Below are positions 1 to 12,879 of a stretch of 64,000 bases of DNA, one piece after another (the first letter of the stretch is position 1; the number at the start of each line of letters is the position of its first letter). Source of the stretch: Vicinamibacteria bacterium (GTDB lineage: Bacteria; Acidobacteriota; Vicinamibacteria; Marinacidobacterales; Marinacidobacteraceae); NCBI GenBank assembly GCA_963668695.2, contig CAXXLQ010000004.1, forward strand, positions 2,496,001-2,560,000. Direction: 5' to 3'. The position numbers and the translations under genes are program-made. The notes below the pieces were generated by a model, which saw nothing but the letters and a program-made list of their open reading frames with translations, made no database searches and was not told the DNA's origin.

Positions 1-73
1 TAGTGGTCAAGTTTGACCGGGGGTAATTCAACCCATTGAATCGGCGCGGGAGCGGGCAGTGAGGGCCGGTCAG

Positions 74-375
74 TTACTCGGGGGAACTGGGCGGTCCCCG
101 AGACCATTTGACCTTGAGGGCCTCCGCGAACTCTGAGAGCACGATCGCCAAGTAAGGGCCAAGAACCACTACCGCGAGGGCGGCGACGAACGGCCACGAG
201 AAGTTGTTCTCGGGCGAGTCGTCGGTAGCGGGTTCGTTAGTGGCAGGTTCGTCAGTAGTGGGGGCGGAGACGATTTGGGAGGGAGTTTGTCCTGCGTCGC
301 AACGTCCCTGGAGACGGTCCATGTGACGCCTACGGCGGTAAAGAGCAGGACAAGAATGCCGACCCACTTCTTCAA
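74..375 (-). pseudogene. Small membrane protein, apparently frameshifted (IS passenger)
   Basis: ORF 169-375 gives a signal/TM N-terminus (MKKWVGILVLLFTAVGVTW). Overlapping ORF 74-367 gives an acidic linker (TTDEPATNEPATDD) and a C-terminal TM helix. Together they read as one gene. Confidence 0.4.
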
Positions 376-477
376 TCGAGGATTCTCTCTCGTTCTACGG
401 CGGGGGAGGGCTCGGATTGAGTCGGCTTTCTACGAGGTCCATCAGCCGATCTATCAGGTCTGCCAGCATGGTCTTCG

Positions 478-738
478 TCACTGCCCCCCGTTTCCTGACG
501 GAGCGGAGCCGTCCTGAATGTCCACCTTCGATTCGAGGGCCGCTAGCCGCTCCCCAATCTCCGCATGTTCCTTCGACATTTCAGTCTGTAGGATCGCGAT
601 TCGATCTATCACGTCAACTCGGACATTCCCCATCTGGACGTAGACCCCGATAGTTGCCCCGACCAGGGCTATCAGCATCGAGGCAAGTAGCGTCACAACG
701 GGGTCCCTCGTCGCGGAGTGCTTTGCGTTCTCCATCAT
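478..738 (-). CDS. Small TM + coiled-coil hypothetical protein (IS passenger)
   Basis: Hydrophobic helix VVTLLASMLIALVGATIGVYV, then heptad-like IDRIAILQTEMSKEHAEIGERLAALESKV. Confidence 0.6.
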   Translation of the reverse strand: MMENAKHSATRDPVVTLLASMLIALVGATIGVYVQMGNVRVDVIDRIAILQTEMSKEHAEIGERLAALESKVDIQDGSAPSGNGGQ

Positions 739-822
739 GCGCCAAAAGGTAACTCCTGCTCGGAGCCCTCTGCGCTAGGCGCAATCACATGTTAGCAACC
801 CTCGCGCTAGTGCCAACCCTGG

Positions 823-1523
823 ATGCTTGATCGGGCATCCGTCGCCGCCGCCCATCAGGATGCGGCCCTGCGGGACCTCCCCTGCCGCCGGATTGAGGCG
901 GATGAGATTCACTCGTTCTGCTACGCCCGGCGGAAGAACGTCCCGCCCGAGCGGGCCGGGCAGTTCGGCTACGGGGACGTCTGGACTTGGGTCGCGATAG
1001 ACCCGGAGACGAAGCTGGTAGTGAGTTGGCTTCTCGGGGACCGGGAAGCGGGAGCGGCCCGCGCCTTCATGAGGGACCTCGCCTCCCGGCTCAGCGGGCG
1101 AATTAACTGACGACCGACGGCCTACGCAAGTACCCCGATGCCGTAGAGGTCGCCTTCGGGGGCGATGTTGACTACGCCGCCCTGGTCAAGGATTTCGCCA
1201 CCGACAAGGAAGCCCGGTCCATCGTCCATGTAGGGAACCCGGACCCGGAGCGGATCACAACGAGCTACATCGAGCGGCAGAACCTAACGATGGGGATGGG
1301 GATGCGCCGCTACCCCCGGCGGACGAACGCCTTCTCCAAGAAGATCGAGAACCACGGTCATATGCTGGCGATTCATTACCTCTACCACAACTTCGCCCGG
1401 CCTCACCTGAGCCTCGATGGGATCACGCCGGCGCAGGCCGCCCTGCTGTCTCTTCGGCGCTGGCAACCGGCCGACATGGTCGACCTTTTGGAGTCCTCGA
1501 AAGTCCAAATTCTTGAAACTTGA
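823..1523 (+). pseudogene. IS1-family DDE transposase, 5'-truncated and frameshifted
   Basis: Motifs IEADEIHSF, GDVWTWVAIDPETKLVVSWLLGDR, then after a shift near 1103 LTTDG...YIERQNLTM...TNAFSKKIENH...YHNFARPH. The expected RIQLTTDG is broken by a 1-nt loss. Confidence 0.85.
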
Positions 1524-1650
1524 CCACTACCCGAAGAAACGAAAGATTGACTTCCATACCGGGAACGTGGTACGAAAGCAGGGTCGCGTGTTCGTGCGTA
1601 GGAAGGACGGCACGTAAACCGAAAAAGAGACGGATCCTTGGAGGGACAAT

Positions 1651-1974
1651 ATGTTAAACAGAGTACTCGTGGGCCTAGGCACGTTAGTCGGGCTCTTGAT
1701 GGGCTTCACCACAATGGTCCCGGACACAGTCGGGCCTCTGCTGTTGGTCATTATCGGCATCGTGTATTCCGTCATGAACACCGATGCCGAGGATGCGACG
1801 GGATCCCTGGTGCTCGCCATCGCCGTCGGCGGAATGGCGATGTCGGATGTGCTGCATCACATCCCGGCAGTCGGTATGCAGCTCAACACGGCGATGGGCG
1901 CCCTGAGCATGGCCCTGTGGGCCGGCGTGGCGACCGTGGCTGCGACCCGGATCTTCAACCGGATCAAGGGCTGA
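1651..1974 (+). CDS. Hypothetical integral membrane protein (about 4 TM)
   Basis: GGAGG RBS upstream; 107 aa, mostly hydrophobic. Confidence 0.75.
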   Translation: MLNRVLVGLGTLVGLLMGFTTMVPDTVGPLLLVIIGIVYSVMNTDAEDATGSLVLAIAVGGMAMSDVLHHIPAVGMQLNTAMGALSMALWAGVATVAATRIFNRIKG

Positions 1975-2310
1975 GGAAGAGCGCGGCCGGCCGACACCGA
2001 CTGGCCGTTTCTCGTTCTTGATGCTGGCGGGATCGTGCTTGCACGGTCCCGTCGGCTAAACCGCCCGGCGCCAGTACGTCAGGTGGGGGCCAGCCCCCGC
2101 TTGGGAACTGCAGCCGGGTGTCGCTTGCGCTCTTGGGGCGGCAGGCGAAGCGATAGCCGCATTCCGGCGAAGCGATAGCCGCATTCCGGTAAGTCGCGAG
2201 CCGCGGCGGATGCTTCGGCTCTCCGGGTGGCGCTGCTCTTTGCGCCCGGGCGACAAGCTTGGGCGACAGGCCTGACCCGGACTGCGGGGCGGAACCGCCA
2301 TAATTCCGCC

Positions 2311-2652
2311 ATGAGCGAATTGGCCAGCCGAACCTGCGTTCCCTGCCGAGGCGGGGTGCCCCCGATGGATTCCGCCGGGGTGGAAAACTATCTGGGCCAG
2401 GTGGAGGGTTGGGGCCACGCCGAACACCGCAGAATCGCCCGCACCTTCGTGTTCCCGGACTTCGCCGGCGCGCTCGACTTCGCGAATCGGGTCGGCGGGA
2501 TCGCCGAGGCCGAAGGGCATCACCCCGATCTGCTGGTTGCCTGGGGCCGGGTGGAGGTCACCATCTGGACCCACAAGGTGAACGGCCTCACCGAGAGCGA
2601 CTTCATCCTGGCCGCCAAGATCGATCGTCTCTCCGGCGGAGCGGGACGCTGA
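2311..2652 (+). CDS. phhB: Pterin-4-alpha-carbinolamine dehydratase
   Basis: CVPCRGG N-terminus, AEAEGHHPDL, WTHKVNGLTESDFILAAKID. Start moved to ATG 2311. Confidence 0.92.
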   Translation: MSELASRTCVPCRGGVPPMDSAGVENYLGQVEGWGHAEHRRIARTFVFPDFAGALDFANRVGGIAEAEGHHPDLLVAWGRVEVTIWTHKVNGLTESDFILAAKIDRLSGGAGR

Positions 2653-2717
2653 CGGCCGCCGCCGGGCCGAACTCGGGCCCTGGGCGGGAGTTTCTCGCCG
2701 GACAGCTTCCGGGTTGG

Positions 2718-4861
<2,144 letters not shown>

Positions 4862-4953
4862 GGGGGATTTCCCGATCCGAACCGGCTGCCGGAACCGGCT
4901 GCTGGAACCGGGCGGGCGAACGGGTGAAACCGGGACTGCTCTTGCCGACTTGA

Positions 4954-6168
4954 TCAGAGATCGAGGCCGCGAGCGATCGTCGCGAGTTGCATGTTCTCGG
5001 TGCCCTCGTAGATCGTCCCCGCCTTGGCGTCCCGCCAGAGCTTCTCCGCGAGGCAGTCCGTGGTGTACCCGGTGCCCCCGTGGATCTCGATAGCGAGCGA
5101 GGTTACCGATTCCGCCATCCGCTGGGCAGTCAGTTTGGCCATCGCGGCCGCGTAGCGGGTCTCGTTCCCCTGGTCCGCGAGCCTCGCCGCGTTCCAGGTG
5201 AGCAGCCGCGCCGTCTCCACCTGCGTGGCGGCCTCCGCCAGGGCGAAAGCCACCGCCTGGTTCTTGCCGATCGGGCGGCCGAACGCCTCGCGCTGCTTGG
5301 CGTAGGCGACGGCCAGTTCCAGGGCGGCCTGTCCGATCCCCACGAGCTGGGCGGCGATCCCGATGCGCCCCTCGTTCAGGAGCGACATGGCGAGACGCCG
5401 TCCTTCCCCGACCTCGCCGAGGACGTTGTCGCTGGAGACGAAGCAGTCCTTGAGGAAGAGCGGCGTCGTACTGGACGCCTTGAGACCGACCTTCGCCTCG
5501 GGCGGACCGACGTTCAGGCCGTCGCTCTCCCGATCCACCAGAAAGGCGGTGATCCCTCCGCCGGATTGCCCATCGGGTCCGCCGGCGACCCGGGCGAAAA
5601 TCAGAAAGAGTCCGGCTTCGCGGCCGCCCGAGACCCACGACTTCGATCCGCTCAGCGAAAACCCCCCCTCGACTTGCTCCGCGGTGGTCCGGAGCGCGAA
5701 GGCGTCGCTTCCGGCGTGGGACTCCGAAAGCGAGAAGGCGCCGAGGCAGTCGCTCGCCAATTTGGGCAAGAACCGGAGCCGCTGGCTCCGGCGGCCGAAC
5801 CGGTTGATCGCGGCGGCGATCAGGGTGTTGTGGACGTCCACCAGGAGGGCGACCGCGGCGTCGGCGCGGGCGAGCGCCTCCACGGTGAGAACCACGTCGA
5901 AGAGGCCCTGTCCGCTGCCCCCGAGCTGCTCGGGAATCACGACTCCGAAGAACCCGTAGCGGGCCAGCGTCTTCACCAGTTCCGGTGGGATCCGTCCTTC
6001 TTCTTCCATGCGGCGGGTCAGGGGAGCGACTGCTTCCCTGGCCACCTGATGGACAGCCCCGAAATGGAGCCGTTCGTTCTCCGAGAGAACGCTCAGCGGA
6101 TTCGTATCGGGGCTCGCCGGTATGGGTTCGGTTTGGGCGAGCGGAGACTGGAATACCTGGACGGACAT
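4954..6168 (-). CDS. Acyl-CoA dehydrogenase (short/branched-chain type)
   Basis: FSLSESHAGSDA, GSKSWVS, LNEGRIGIAAQ, IHGGTGY, RDAKAGTIYEGT. Confidence 0.93.
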   Translation of the reverse strand: MSVQVFQSPLAQTEPIPASPDTNPLSVLSENERLHFGAVHQVAREAVAPLTRRMEEEGRIPPELVKTLARYGFFGVVIPEQLGGSGQGLFDVVLTVEALARADAAVALLVDVHNTLIAAAINRFGRRSQRLRFLPKLASDCLGAFSLSESHAGSDAFALRTTAEQVEGGFSLSGSKSWVSGGREAGLFLIFARVAGGPDGQSGGGITAFLVDRESDGLNVGPPEAKVGLKASSTTPLFLKDCFVSSDNVLGEVGEGRRLAMSLLNEGRIGIAAQLVGIGQAALELAVAYAKQREAFGRPIGKNQAVAFALAEAATQVETARLLTWNAARLADQGNETRYAAAMAKLTAQRMAESVTSLAIEIHGGTGYTTDCLAEKLWRDAKAGTIYEGTENMQLATIARGLDL

Positions 6169-6214
6169 GCAACCCGCAGACTAGTGAGATGTGGCGTTGC
6201 CCGCTACGCCCGGG

Positions 6215-8461
6215 TCAGTAGTCCGCGAGATCCCGGATGGCGGCGAGCAGGTCTTCCGGCTGCGGCAGAGTCGCGGTCTCGACATCCGGGTTGTAGGCCA
6301 CCCAGGTGTCCCGGGCCGCTACCCGCCGCACCGGGGCATCGAGATCCTCGAACAGCTCCTCCGCGATGCGGGCGGCGATTTCTGCGCCGTAGCCGAAGCT
6401 GCGGGTGTCTTCGTAAGCCACGACGACGCGGCTCGTTCGCTGGACACTCTCGCGAATCGCTTCCCAGTCGTAGGGCGCGAGGGAACGGAGGTCCAGAATC
6501 TCCACCGAGATCCCGTCGGCGGCCGCCTTTTTGGCGGCGAGTTCGGCCCGGTGGACGAGCGCGCCGAAGGTGACGAGGGTGAGGTCTTCGCCCGGACGAA
6601 CGGTGCGCGCCTTGCCGAAGGGAATCATGAAGTCGGGCCCCGGATCGACGCTCTTGTTGTAGGTCTGCCGGTAGAGGTGCTTGTGTTCGAGGAAGATGAC
6701 CGGATCGTCGCAGCGGATCGCGGTGCGGAGGAGTCCCGCGGCATCGAGCGCCGTCGAGGGCATCACCACTCGCAGTCCCGGAAGATGGGTGAAGAGCACC
6801 TCGGCCGATTGGCTGTGGTACAGCGCGCCGCCAGTCAGGTAGCCGCCGGTTGGAACCCGAAGTACCAGCGGGGCGCTGTACTGACCGTTCGCGCGCCAGC
6901 GCAGGCTGGCGAGTTCGCTCCGGATCTGCATGTAGCCGGGCCAGATGTAGTCGAGGAACTGGATTTCGGCGACCGGTCGCAGGCCGCGCACGGCCATCCC
7001 GATCCCCATTCCGACGATCGTGGCTTCGGCGAGGGGGGTGTTGAAGACCCGCTCCGACCCGAACTCGCGCTGGAGCCCGTAGCTCACCTTGAAGACGCCG
7101 CCCTTGCCCTTGACCTCACGGAGAATGTGCTCGCGGCTCGCGTCCGCCACGTCCTGACCGAAGACCATGACCCGCGGGTCGCGAGCCATTTCGGAGCGGA
7201 GCGTCCCGTTGATCAGGTCCACCATCGTCCCGGGCTTGGCGTCCGCCGCGAAATCCGGTTGGGTTTCGAAATCCGGGGAGCAGGGGTCCACGTCGGGGCT
7301 GTAGAGGTGATCGCAGGCGGTGTCCGGATGGGGCCAGGGCAGGGCGAGGGCATCGGTGGCCGAGGCGGCTACCTCCGCCTGGGTGCGCTTTTGCAAACCG
7401 TCGAGCTCTTCCCGGGTGGCGGCTCCGGAAGCGGTGAGCCGATCCCGGAGGCGGGCGAGCGGGTCGCGTCCCGATTCCGCGTGCAGCTCGGCGGCGGTCT
7501 TGTAGTCGCGATCTTCGTCGGAAAGTGAGTGGGGCATCATCCGGATGACCCGGGCCTGCACGAGCGCCGGCCCTTCTCCGGATCGGATGTAGTCGATCGC
7601 CTCCTGCAGGGTGCGGTAGGACTCTTCGTAGTCGCAGCCGTCGCACTCGAGCACCTTGAGATCGGGGAACGCGCGTGCGAGCGGGGCGATGGAGCCACCG
7701 GCGGTCTGATGCTCTACGGGGACCGAGATGGCGTACCCGTTGTCCTGGATCAGGAAGAGGACCGGCAACCGCCGTAGCGACGCGCTGTTCAGCGCCTCCC
7801 AGAATTCGCCTTCGCTCGTCGCGCCGTCTCCACCGCTCACCAGCACGATTCCGTCGCCGTTCGGGGCGCCCGGAAGTCCGGGGATACGGTGGCGGCTCAA
7901 GTACCTTTCGGCGTGGGCCACCCCGACCGCATGCAGGAACTGCGTCCCCACGCAGCTCGAATGGACGGCCAGGCCGAGCGAGCGCTTCGAGAAGTGCGAG
8001 GGCATCTGCCTCCCGCCCGAAGAAGGATCCGAAGCGGCGCCCCAGGAAGCGGCCAATTGCTCGAGGGGGGTCAGTCCCAGGCCGGTGGCCAGGGCGCGAT
8101 CCCGGTAGTAGGCGAAGACCCAATCGGTCTTCGGCCGGAGCAGAGCGGCGGCGGCGGCGGTGACCGCTTCGTGGCCGGCCGAACTGACCTGGAAGAAAGC
8201 CTTGTTCTGCCGCTTCAGGGCGATCTCCCGAAGATCCACCTCCCGGGAGGTGAGCATGACCCGATAGGCGGCTTTGAGCTGCTCGGGACCAAGCGCGGGA
8301 GTGTCTTCGAGTTCGCCCTCCAAAACCGAATCGTGGCCGTTCCCTCCTTCGCCGATGCGCTGTGTCACTTGTTCAAGCGACCGGGAATCGTCGGAGGGGG
8401 AAGTCTCGCCCACGGAGCGAGTGTCCCTGCCGTTCGAGCGGGAACTCTGGGCGTCGGACAA
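6215..8461 (-). CDS. 2-oxoacid (probably branched-chain) dehydrogenase E1, fused alpha+beta subunits
   Basis: [24 protein letters not shown]...N (TPP motif), [31 protein letters not shown]. Exact start uncertain. Confidence 0.92.
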   Translation of the reverse strand: MSDAQSSRSNGRDTRSVGETSPSDDSRSLEQVTQRIGEGGNGHDSVLEGELEDTPALGPEQLKAAYRVMLTSREVDLREIALKRQNKAFFQVSSAGHEAVTAAAAALLRPKTDWVFAYYRDRALATGLGLTPLEQLAASWGAASDPSSGGRQMPSHFSKRSLGLAVHSSCVGTQFLHAVGVAHAERYLSRHRIPGLPGAPNGDGIVLVSGGDGATSEGEFWEALNSASLRRLPVLFLIQDNGYAISVPVEHQTAGGSIAPLARAFPDLKVLECDGCDYEESYRTLQEAIDYIRSGEGPALVQARVIRMMPHSLSDEDRDYKTAAELHAESGRDPLARLRDRLTASGAATREELDGLQKRTQAEVAASATDALALPWPHPDTACDHLYSPDVDPCSPDFETQPDFAADAKPGTMVDLINGTLRSEMARDPRVMVFGQDVADASREHILREVKGKGGVFKVSYGLQREFGSERVFNTPLAEATIVGMGIGMAVRGLRPVAEIQFLDYIWPGYMQIRSELASLRWRANGQYSAPLVLRVPTGGYLTGGALYHSQSAEVLFTHLPGLRVVMPSTALDAAGLLRTAIRCDDPVIFLEHKHLYRQTYNKSVDPGPDFMIPFGKARTVRPGEDLTLVTFGALVHRAELAAKKAAADGISVEILDLRSLAPYDWEAIRESVQRTSRVVVAYEDTRSFGYGAEIAARIAEELFEDLDAPVRRVAARDTWVAYNPDVETATLPQPEDLLAAIRDLADY

Positions 8462-8508
8462 ATCAGGGTGACAAATCAGAGTGACAAATCAGAGTGACAA
8501 ATCAGAGT
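8457..8508. repeat. 13-bp tandem repeat x4 (GACAAATCAGAGT)
   Basis: Four consecutive copies, the first with one mismatch, overlapping the E1 TTG start. Confidence 0.9.
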
Positions 8509-8693
8509 TTCAAGGGGCTCCGGCATTCAGGCCGAAGCGCCAGGCGGGCCCTCCCGAATGCCAGCTTGGAGGGGCAGGAATGGTAGCAAAGCCCCGGACG
8601 GTCTGGCGGCGGTGTCCGGCGGATTCGCCGAACGCCGAGTCGCTTGCCGGGGTTCATATCCGCCGCCAGGTTTCTCCGGCAGGGTCCGCCGGG

Positions 8694-9044
8694 TTAGCGC
8701 GCCAGGGCTTCGCCCGGCTTTTTCTGGTACTGGCGGTACTCGTAGGTCCGGTCGCGCTCGTCGGCGAGCCGCATTCCCTCGTCGTGGGGGAACATGTGGA
8801 TCGCGTCGTAGTCGGGCGGACAGAACTTCGCGCAAAGCTGGCAGCCGATGCAGGTTTCCATGTTCACTTCGCAGACCTGTCCCACCGAGCGGGGTTCGGG
8901 GTCCGGCACGAGGATGATGCAGTCCTTTACCGGGCATACGGCGATGCACATCTCGCATCCCCGGCCGAAGCATTTGCCGGCGTCCACATGGGCGAGGATC
9001 TTCGGCTGACGCTTTCTGGGCCCGGAGATCAGAACGTCCTGCAT
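8694..9044 (-). CDS. 4Fe-4S dicluster ferredoxin-like protein
   Basis: CFGRGCEMCIAVCP and CIGCQLCAKFCP motifs. Confidence 0.85.
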   Translation of the reverse strand: MQDVLISGPRKRQPKILAHVDAGKCFGRGCEMCIAVCPVKDCIILVPDPEPRSVGQVCEVNMETCIGCQLCAKFCPPDYDAIHMFPHDEGMRLADERDRTYEYRQYQKKPGEALAR

Positions 9045-9099
9045 GAACCGAAAGCGTATCATTCGGGCAGTGCCGACCGTCGAAGATTCCGTCGCGCAG

Positions 9100-10413
9100 A
9101 TGGGTAGCGAAGAGCTGTCGCCTTCTAGCGCCAAGCTGCCGCCGCCGGGCATCCACTACCGTCGCGGTCTCGGGCTGCGCAAGCAGATCATCGAGCCGCT
9201 GACCGAGGACTACCGCGGCCATCTGGTCCGCTTCGCGCGCGACCACGACTACCGGATTCGGGCCGGGGAGATCCGGTTCCTGATCGCCCACGAGTTCGGC
9301 TTCTGCTACGGCGTGGACCGGGCGATCGAGTATGCCTACGAGGCGCGTCTCCGTTTCCCCGACCGGCAGATCTTCCTGACCGGGGAGATCATCCACAACC
9401 CCTACGTGAATCGCCGGCTCTCCGAATTCGGGATCCTGTTCCTGCAGGATGGGTCTCCGCCCGAGGCGAAGTTCGAAGATGTCGGCCCCGAGGCCGTGGT
9501 GCTGCTGCCTGCCTTCGGGGTGGCCACCAGCGAACTGGACGTGCTGCGTCGAAAGGGCGCCATTCTCGTGGACACCACCTGCGGCTCGGTCATGAACGTC
9601 TGGAAGAACGTGGGCCGTTACCAGCGCGATGGATTCACCTCGGTGGTCCACGGCAAGTACGCCCACGAGGAGACGAAGGCCACGATTTCCCGCGCCGGAA
9701 AGTACCTGGTCGTCCGCGACATGGCCGAGGCGCTGGAGGTCTGCCGCTACATCGAGGCCGGCCGGAAGCCGGCCGGCGAGACGGATGCCGGAGCCACGGG
9801 AACGAATGGAGGCGCGATGCTCCCCGACCGGGGAGCGTTCCTCGATCGCTTTGCTCCCGCCTGCTCGCCGGGGTTCGACCCGGATCTGGACCTGGGCCGA
9901 ATCGGCCTCGCGAATCAGACCACGGTGCTCGCGAGCGAGTCGCTCGAGATCGCCGCCGTGCTTCGCGACTCCATGGCGCGCCGCTACGGGGAGGCCGATG
10001 TCGCCGGCCGGTTCCGTTCCTTTGACACGATCTGCAGCGCCACCCAGGAGCGTCAGGACGCCGTCCTCGAACTGCTCCAGGAAGACCTCGCTCTCGTGCT
10101 GGTGGTCGGCGGTTTCAACTCCTCGAACACCGCCAATCTGGCTGCGATCTGCGAACGGAAGTTCCCGAGCTACCACATCTCGGGGCCCGAGTGCCTGCTG
10201 TCCGGCGACGAGATTCGTTGCCGGCCCGCGCCGGGCTCGGGGCAGGGGACGGAGCCGATAGTACGGCGGGGCTGGTTGCCGGAGGGAGCCCTCCGGATCG
10301 GAGTTACTTCGGGAGCCTCGACCCCGGACGTGATGGTCCACCGGACAATGCTCCGGGTGCTGGGTTTCCGCGGGATGACCGAAGCCGACTGCCGCCCTGA
10401 CGAATTGTTTTAG
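9100..10413 (+). CDS. ispH: 4-hydroxy-3-methylbut-2-enyl diphosphate reductase
   Basis: FGFCYGVDRA, EIIHNP, VDTTC, HEET, ANQTT, DTICSATQERQ, GGFNSSNT, GVTSGASTP. Confidence 0.95.
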   Translation: MGSEELSPSSAKLPPPGIHYRRGLGLRKQIIEPLTEDYRGHLVRFARDHDYRIRAGEIRFLIAHEFGFCYGVDRAIEYAYEARLRFPDRQIFLTGEIIHNPYVNRRLSEFGILFLQDGSPPEAKFEDVGPEAVVLLPAFGVATSELDVLRRKGAILVDTTCGSVMNVWKNVGRYQRDGFTSVVHGKYAHEETKATISRAGKYLVVRDMAEALEVCRYIEAGRKPAGETDAGATGTNGGAMLPDRGAFLDRFAPACSPGFDPDLDLGRIGLANQTTVLASESLEIAAVLRDSMARRYGEADVAGRFRSFDTICSATQERQDAVLELLQEDLALVLVVGGFNSSNTANLAAICERKFPSYHISGPECLLSGDEIRCRPAPGSGQGTEPIVRRGWLPEGALRIGVTSGASTPDVMVHRTMLRVLGFRGMTEADCRPDELF

Positions 10414-10611
10414 TAGCCTGTGGATAGAGTGGCGTGAGCGCCGAGAGCGGTGAGGCGCCCGGCTGACAAGGCGCGCGAGGGAGGAATACCGGGTGTATTC
10501 GGACCGAGGCGCAACGATGAGCGACGCGAAGCGGCGCGGTTCAGCCGGGATGGATCGCCGCTCGAGCCCCCACCGGGAGAACTGGGCCGCGCCACTCTGT
10601 CCACCGGCTGC
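10413..10611 (+). mobile_element. MITE-like repeat, copy 1
   Basis: Terminal IRs (GTAGCCTGTGGATAGAGTGGCG...CGCCACTCTGTCCACCGGCTGC), TA on both sides, shared core CAAGGCGCGCGAGGGAGGAATACC. Confidence 0.85.
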
Positions 10612-10666
10612 TAGCGCGGCTTCGGCGAGCGAACGCCGCACCGGATCGTCGTCCGCCTGATACCGA

Positions 10667-12757
10667 ATGCCTTCCGGCTCTTCGCGTTACGCCGGACCGG
10701 CCGAGCGCGCGGCTCCCTACGCTCGTCCCGGCCTGCCGCCGGGGAAGTCCGATCGACCCTTCCGGGTGGTGAGCCCTTTCGAGCCGCGCGGAGACCAGCA
10801 AGAAGCCATTGAGCAGCTCGCCGCGGGATTGGAACGGGGCGATCCGAACCAGGTGCTGCTCGGGGTAACGGGCTCGGGCAAGACCTATTCCGTCGCTCGG
10901 GCCATCGAGGCGGTAAACCGCCCGGCGCTGGTCATCGCGCACAACAAAACGCTCGCCGCCCAGCTCTATCAGGAGTTCCGGAGCTTTTTCCCGAACAACG
11001 CCGTCGAGTACTTCGTGAGCTACTACGACTACTACCAGCCCGAGGCCTACGTCCCGGCGAGCGATACGTACATCGAGAAGGAGGCCACGATCAACGACGA
11101 GATCGATCGCCTCCGGCTGTCGGCCACCCGTTCACTCTTCGAGCGCCGGGACGTGCTCATCGTCGCGAGCGTCTCCTGCATCTACGGCCTCGGCTCTCCC
11201 GAGGCCTACTACGGGATGCTCGTCGTGTTCGAGGAGGGAGCCGAGTTCCCGTCCCGGCAGGCGCTTTTGCGCAAGCTCGTCGAGATGCAGTACGAGCGAA
11301 ACGACGCCTCCCTCGAGCGGGGCCGTTTTCGGGTGCGCGGAGACACCGTGGAGATCGTCCCCGGCTACGAAGACCTCGGCCTGCGGGTGCGGCTTTTCGG
11401 CGACGAGGTGGAGCGCCTGGCCCGCTTTGACCCCCTGACCGGTCGCGAGCTCGCGCGCGAGCGCCGGGTCACGCTCTTCCCGCGGAGGCACTACGTGGCC
11501 CGGGAGGAGGACCTCGCCCGGGCGCTGGTCACGATCCGGGAAGAACTCGACGAGCACCATCCGAAGCTTCTCCAGGAGGGGAAGCTGCTCGAAGCGCAGC
11601 GTCTGATGCAGCGCACGCTCTTCGATCTGGACATGCTCGCCGAGTCGGGCCATTGCCACGGCATCGAGAACTACTCGCGTCACTTCACGGGGCGCGCTCC
11701 CGGCGAGCCGCCTCCGACCCTCATGGACTACCTGCCGTCGGACACCATCGTCGTCGCGGACGAAAGCCACCAGACGTATCCGCAGATCCGCGGCATGTTC
11801 GCCGGTGACCAGGCCAGGAAACGCACCCTCGTGGAGCACGGTTTTCGGCTCCCCTCGGCGCTCGACAACCGGCCGCTTTCGTTTGAGGAGTGGGAGGAGC
11901 GGGTCGGACAGGCGATCTCGGTTTCGGCGACCCCGGGGCCGTATGAACTCGAGGCCGTGGGCGGGGTCGTGGTCGAGCAGGTCATCCGCCCCACCGGTTT
12001 GCTCGATCCCGAGGTCGAGGTGCGGCCCGCGGGAGATCAGGTGGACGACCTGCTCGGAGAGATCCGGGAGACGGTGGCCCGCGGTGAGCGCGTGCTCGTC
12101 ACCACCCTGACCAAGCGAATGGCGGAGGACCTGGCCGAGTATTACCACGAGCTCGGGGTGAACTGCCGCTACCTGCACTCGGACATCGACACCCTCGAAA
12201 GGGTGCAGCTCCTCCGCTCCCTCCGCCTCGGCGAGTTCGACGTGCTGATCGGGATCAACCTCTTGCGTGAGGGGCTCGATTTGCCCGAGGTCTCCCTGGT
12301 GGCCATCCTCGATGCCGACCGGGAGGGGTTTCTCCGCTCGGAGGGAGCGCTGATCCAGACCATGGGCCGGGCGGCCCGGCACGCCAGCGGTCGGGCGATC
12401 CTCTACGCCGACCATGAGACCGGCTCCATGAAACGGGCGCTCGGCGAGACCCGGCGCCGCCGCGTGCTCCAGCAGGAGTTCAACGAGGAGCACGGCATCG
12501 TGCCCCGCACGGTGGTCAAGGATGTGGCCGCGGCGTTCGCTCCCGCATCGGCAGGGAAGGCGGCCGTGGAGGAGGCTGACTGGGACCGGGCGATGGGGCT
12601 CTTCGAGGTGCCGCCCGAGGATCCGGAGGCGCTCGAGCGCGAGATCGCCCGGCTCCGCAAGGAAATGAAAAAGGCGGCGCGGGATCTGGAGTTCGAGCGG
12701 GCCGCCCGGCTCCGCGATCACCTGCGCGGAATCCAGCACACCGCGCTGTTGCGCTAG
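10667..12757 (+). CDS. uvrB: Excinuclease ABC subunit B
   Basis: [45 protein letters not shown]-terminal UVR domain. Confidence 0.98.
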   Translation: MPSGSSRYAGPAERAAPYARPGLPPGKSDRPFRVVSPFEPRGDQQEAIEQLAAGLERGDPNQVLLGVTGSGKTYSVARAIEAVNRPALVIAHNKTLAAQLYQEFRSFFPNNAVEYFVSYYDYYQPEAYVPASDTYIEKEATINDEIDRLRLSATRSLFERRDVLIVASVSCIYGLGSPEAYYGMLVVFEEGAEFPSRQALLRKLVEMQYERNDASLERGRFRVRGDTVEIVPGYEDLGLRVRLFGDEVERLARFDPLTGRELARERRVTLFPRRHYVAREEDLARALVTIREELDEHHPKLLQEGKLLEAQRLMQRTLFDLDMLAESGHCHGIENYSRHFTGRAPGEPPPTLMDYLPSDTIVVADESHQTYPQIRGMFAGDQARKRTLVEHGFRLPSALDNRPLSFEEWEERVGQAISVSATPGPYELEAVGGVVVEQVIRPTGLLDPEVEVRPAGDQVDDLLGEIRETVARGERVLVTTLTKRMAEDLAEYYHELGVNCRYLHSDIDTLERVQLLRSLRLGEFDVLIGINLLREGLDLPEVSLVAILDADREGFLRSEGALIQTMGRAARHASGRAILYADHETGSMKRALGETRRRRVLQQEFNEEHGIVPRTVVKDVAAAFAPASAGKAAVEEADWDRAMGLFEVPPEDPEALEREIARLRKEMKKAARDLEFERAARLRDHLRGIQHTALLR

Positions 12758-12879
12758 GGGGCACCACGTGTCGTTTATCCGCGACAAAGTTCGTGTCGTT
12801 TGACAGCGTTTCGCCGTCCCCGGATAGGCTCGGTTAATCGGCGAACATAGCGGTGGGAGTGCCGTGGGAGAATGACGGG

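Larger units (their letters stand above)
1..1532. mobile_element. IS1-family element (decayed) with passenger genes; the left end probably extends a few bases beyond the window
   Basis: Positions 1-14 (TAGTGGTCAAGTTT) are the exact reverse complement of 1516-1529 (AAACTTGACCACTA), which is followed by CCC. An IS1-type transposase remnant lies inside, and its stop codon falls within the right IR. Confidence 0.8.

Noticed and set aside
8527-10641. 704-aa minus-strand ORF and similar long shadows over uvrB, lysS, recG and icd
   Set aside because: They overlap well-supported genes on the other strand and have Arg/Pro/Gly-rich non-coding-frame composition.
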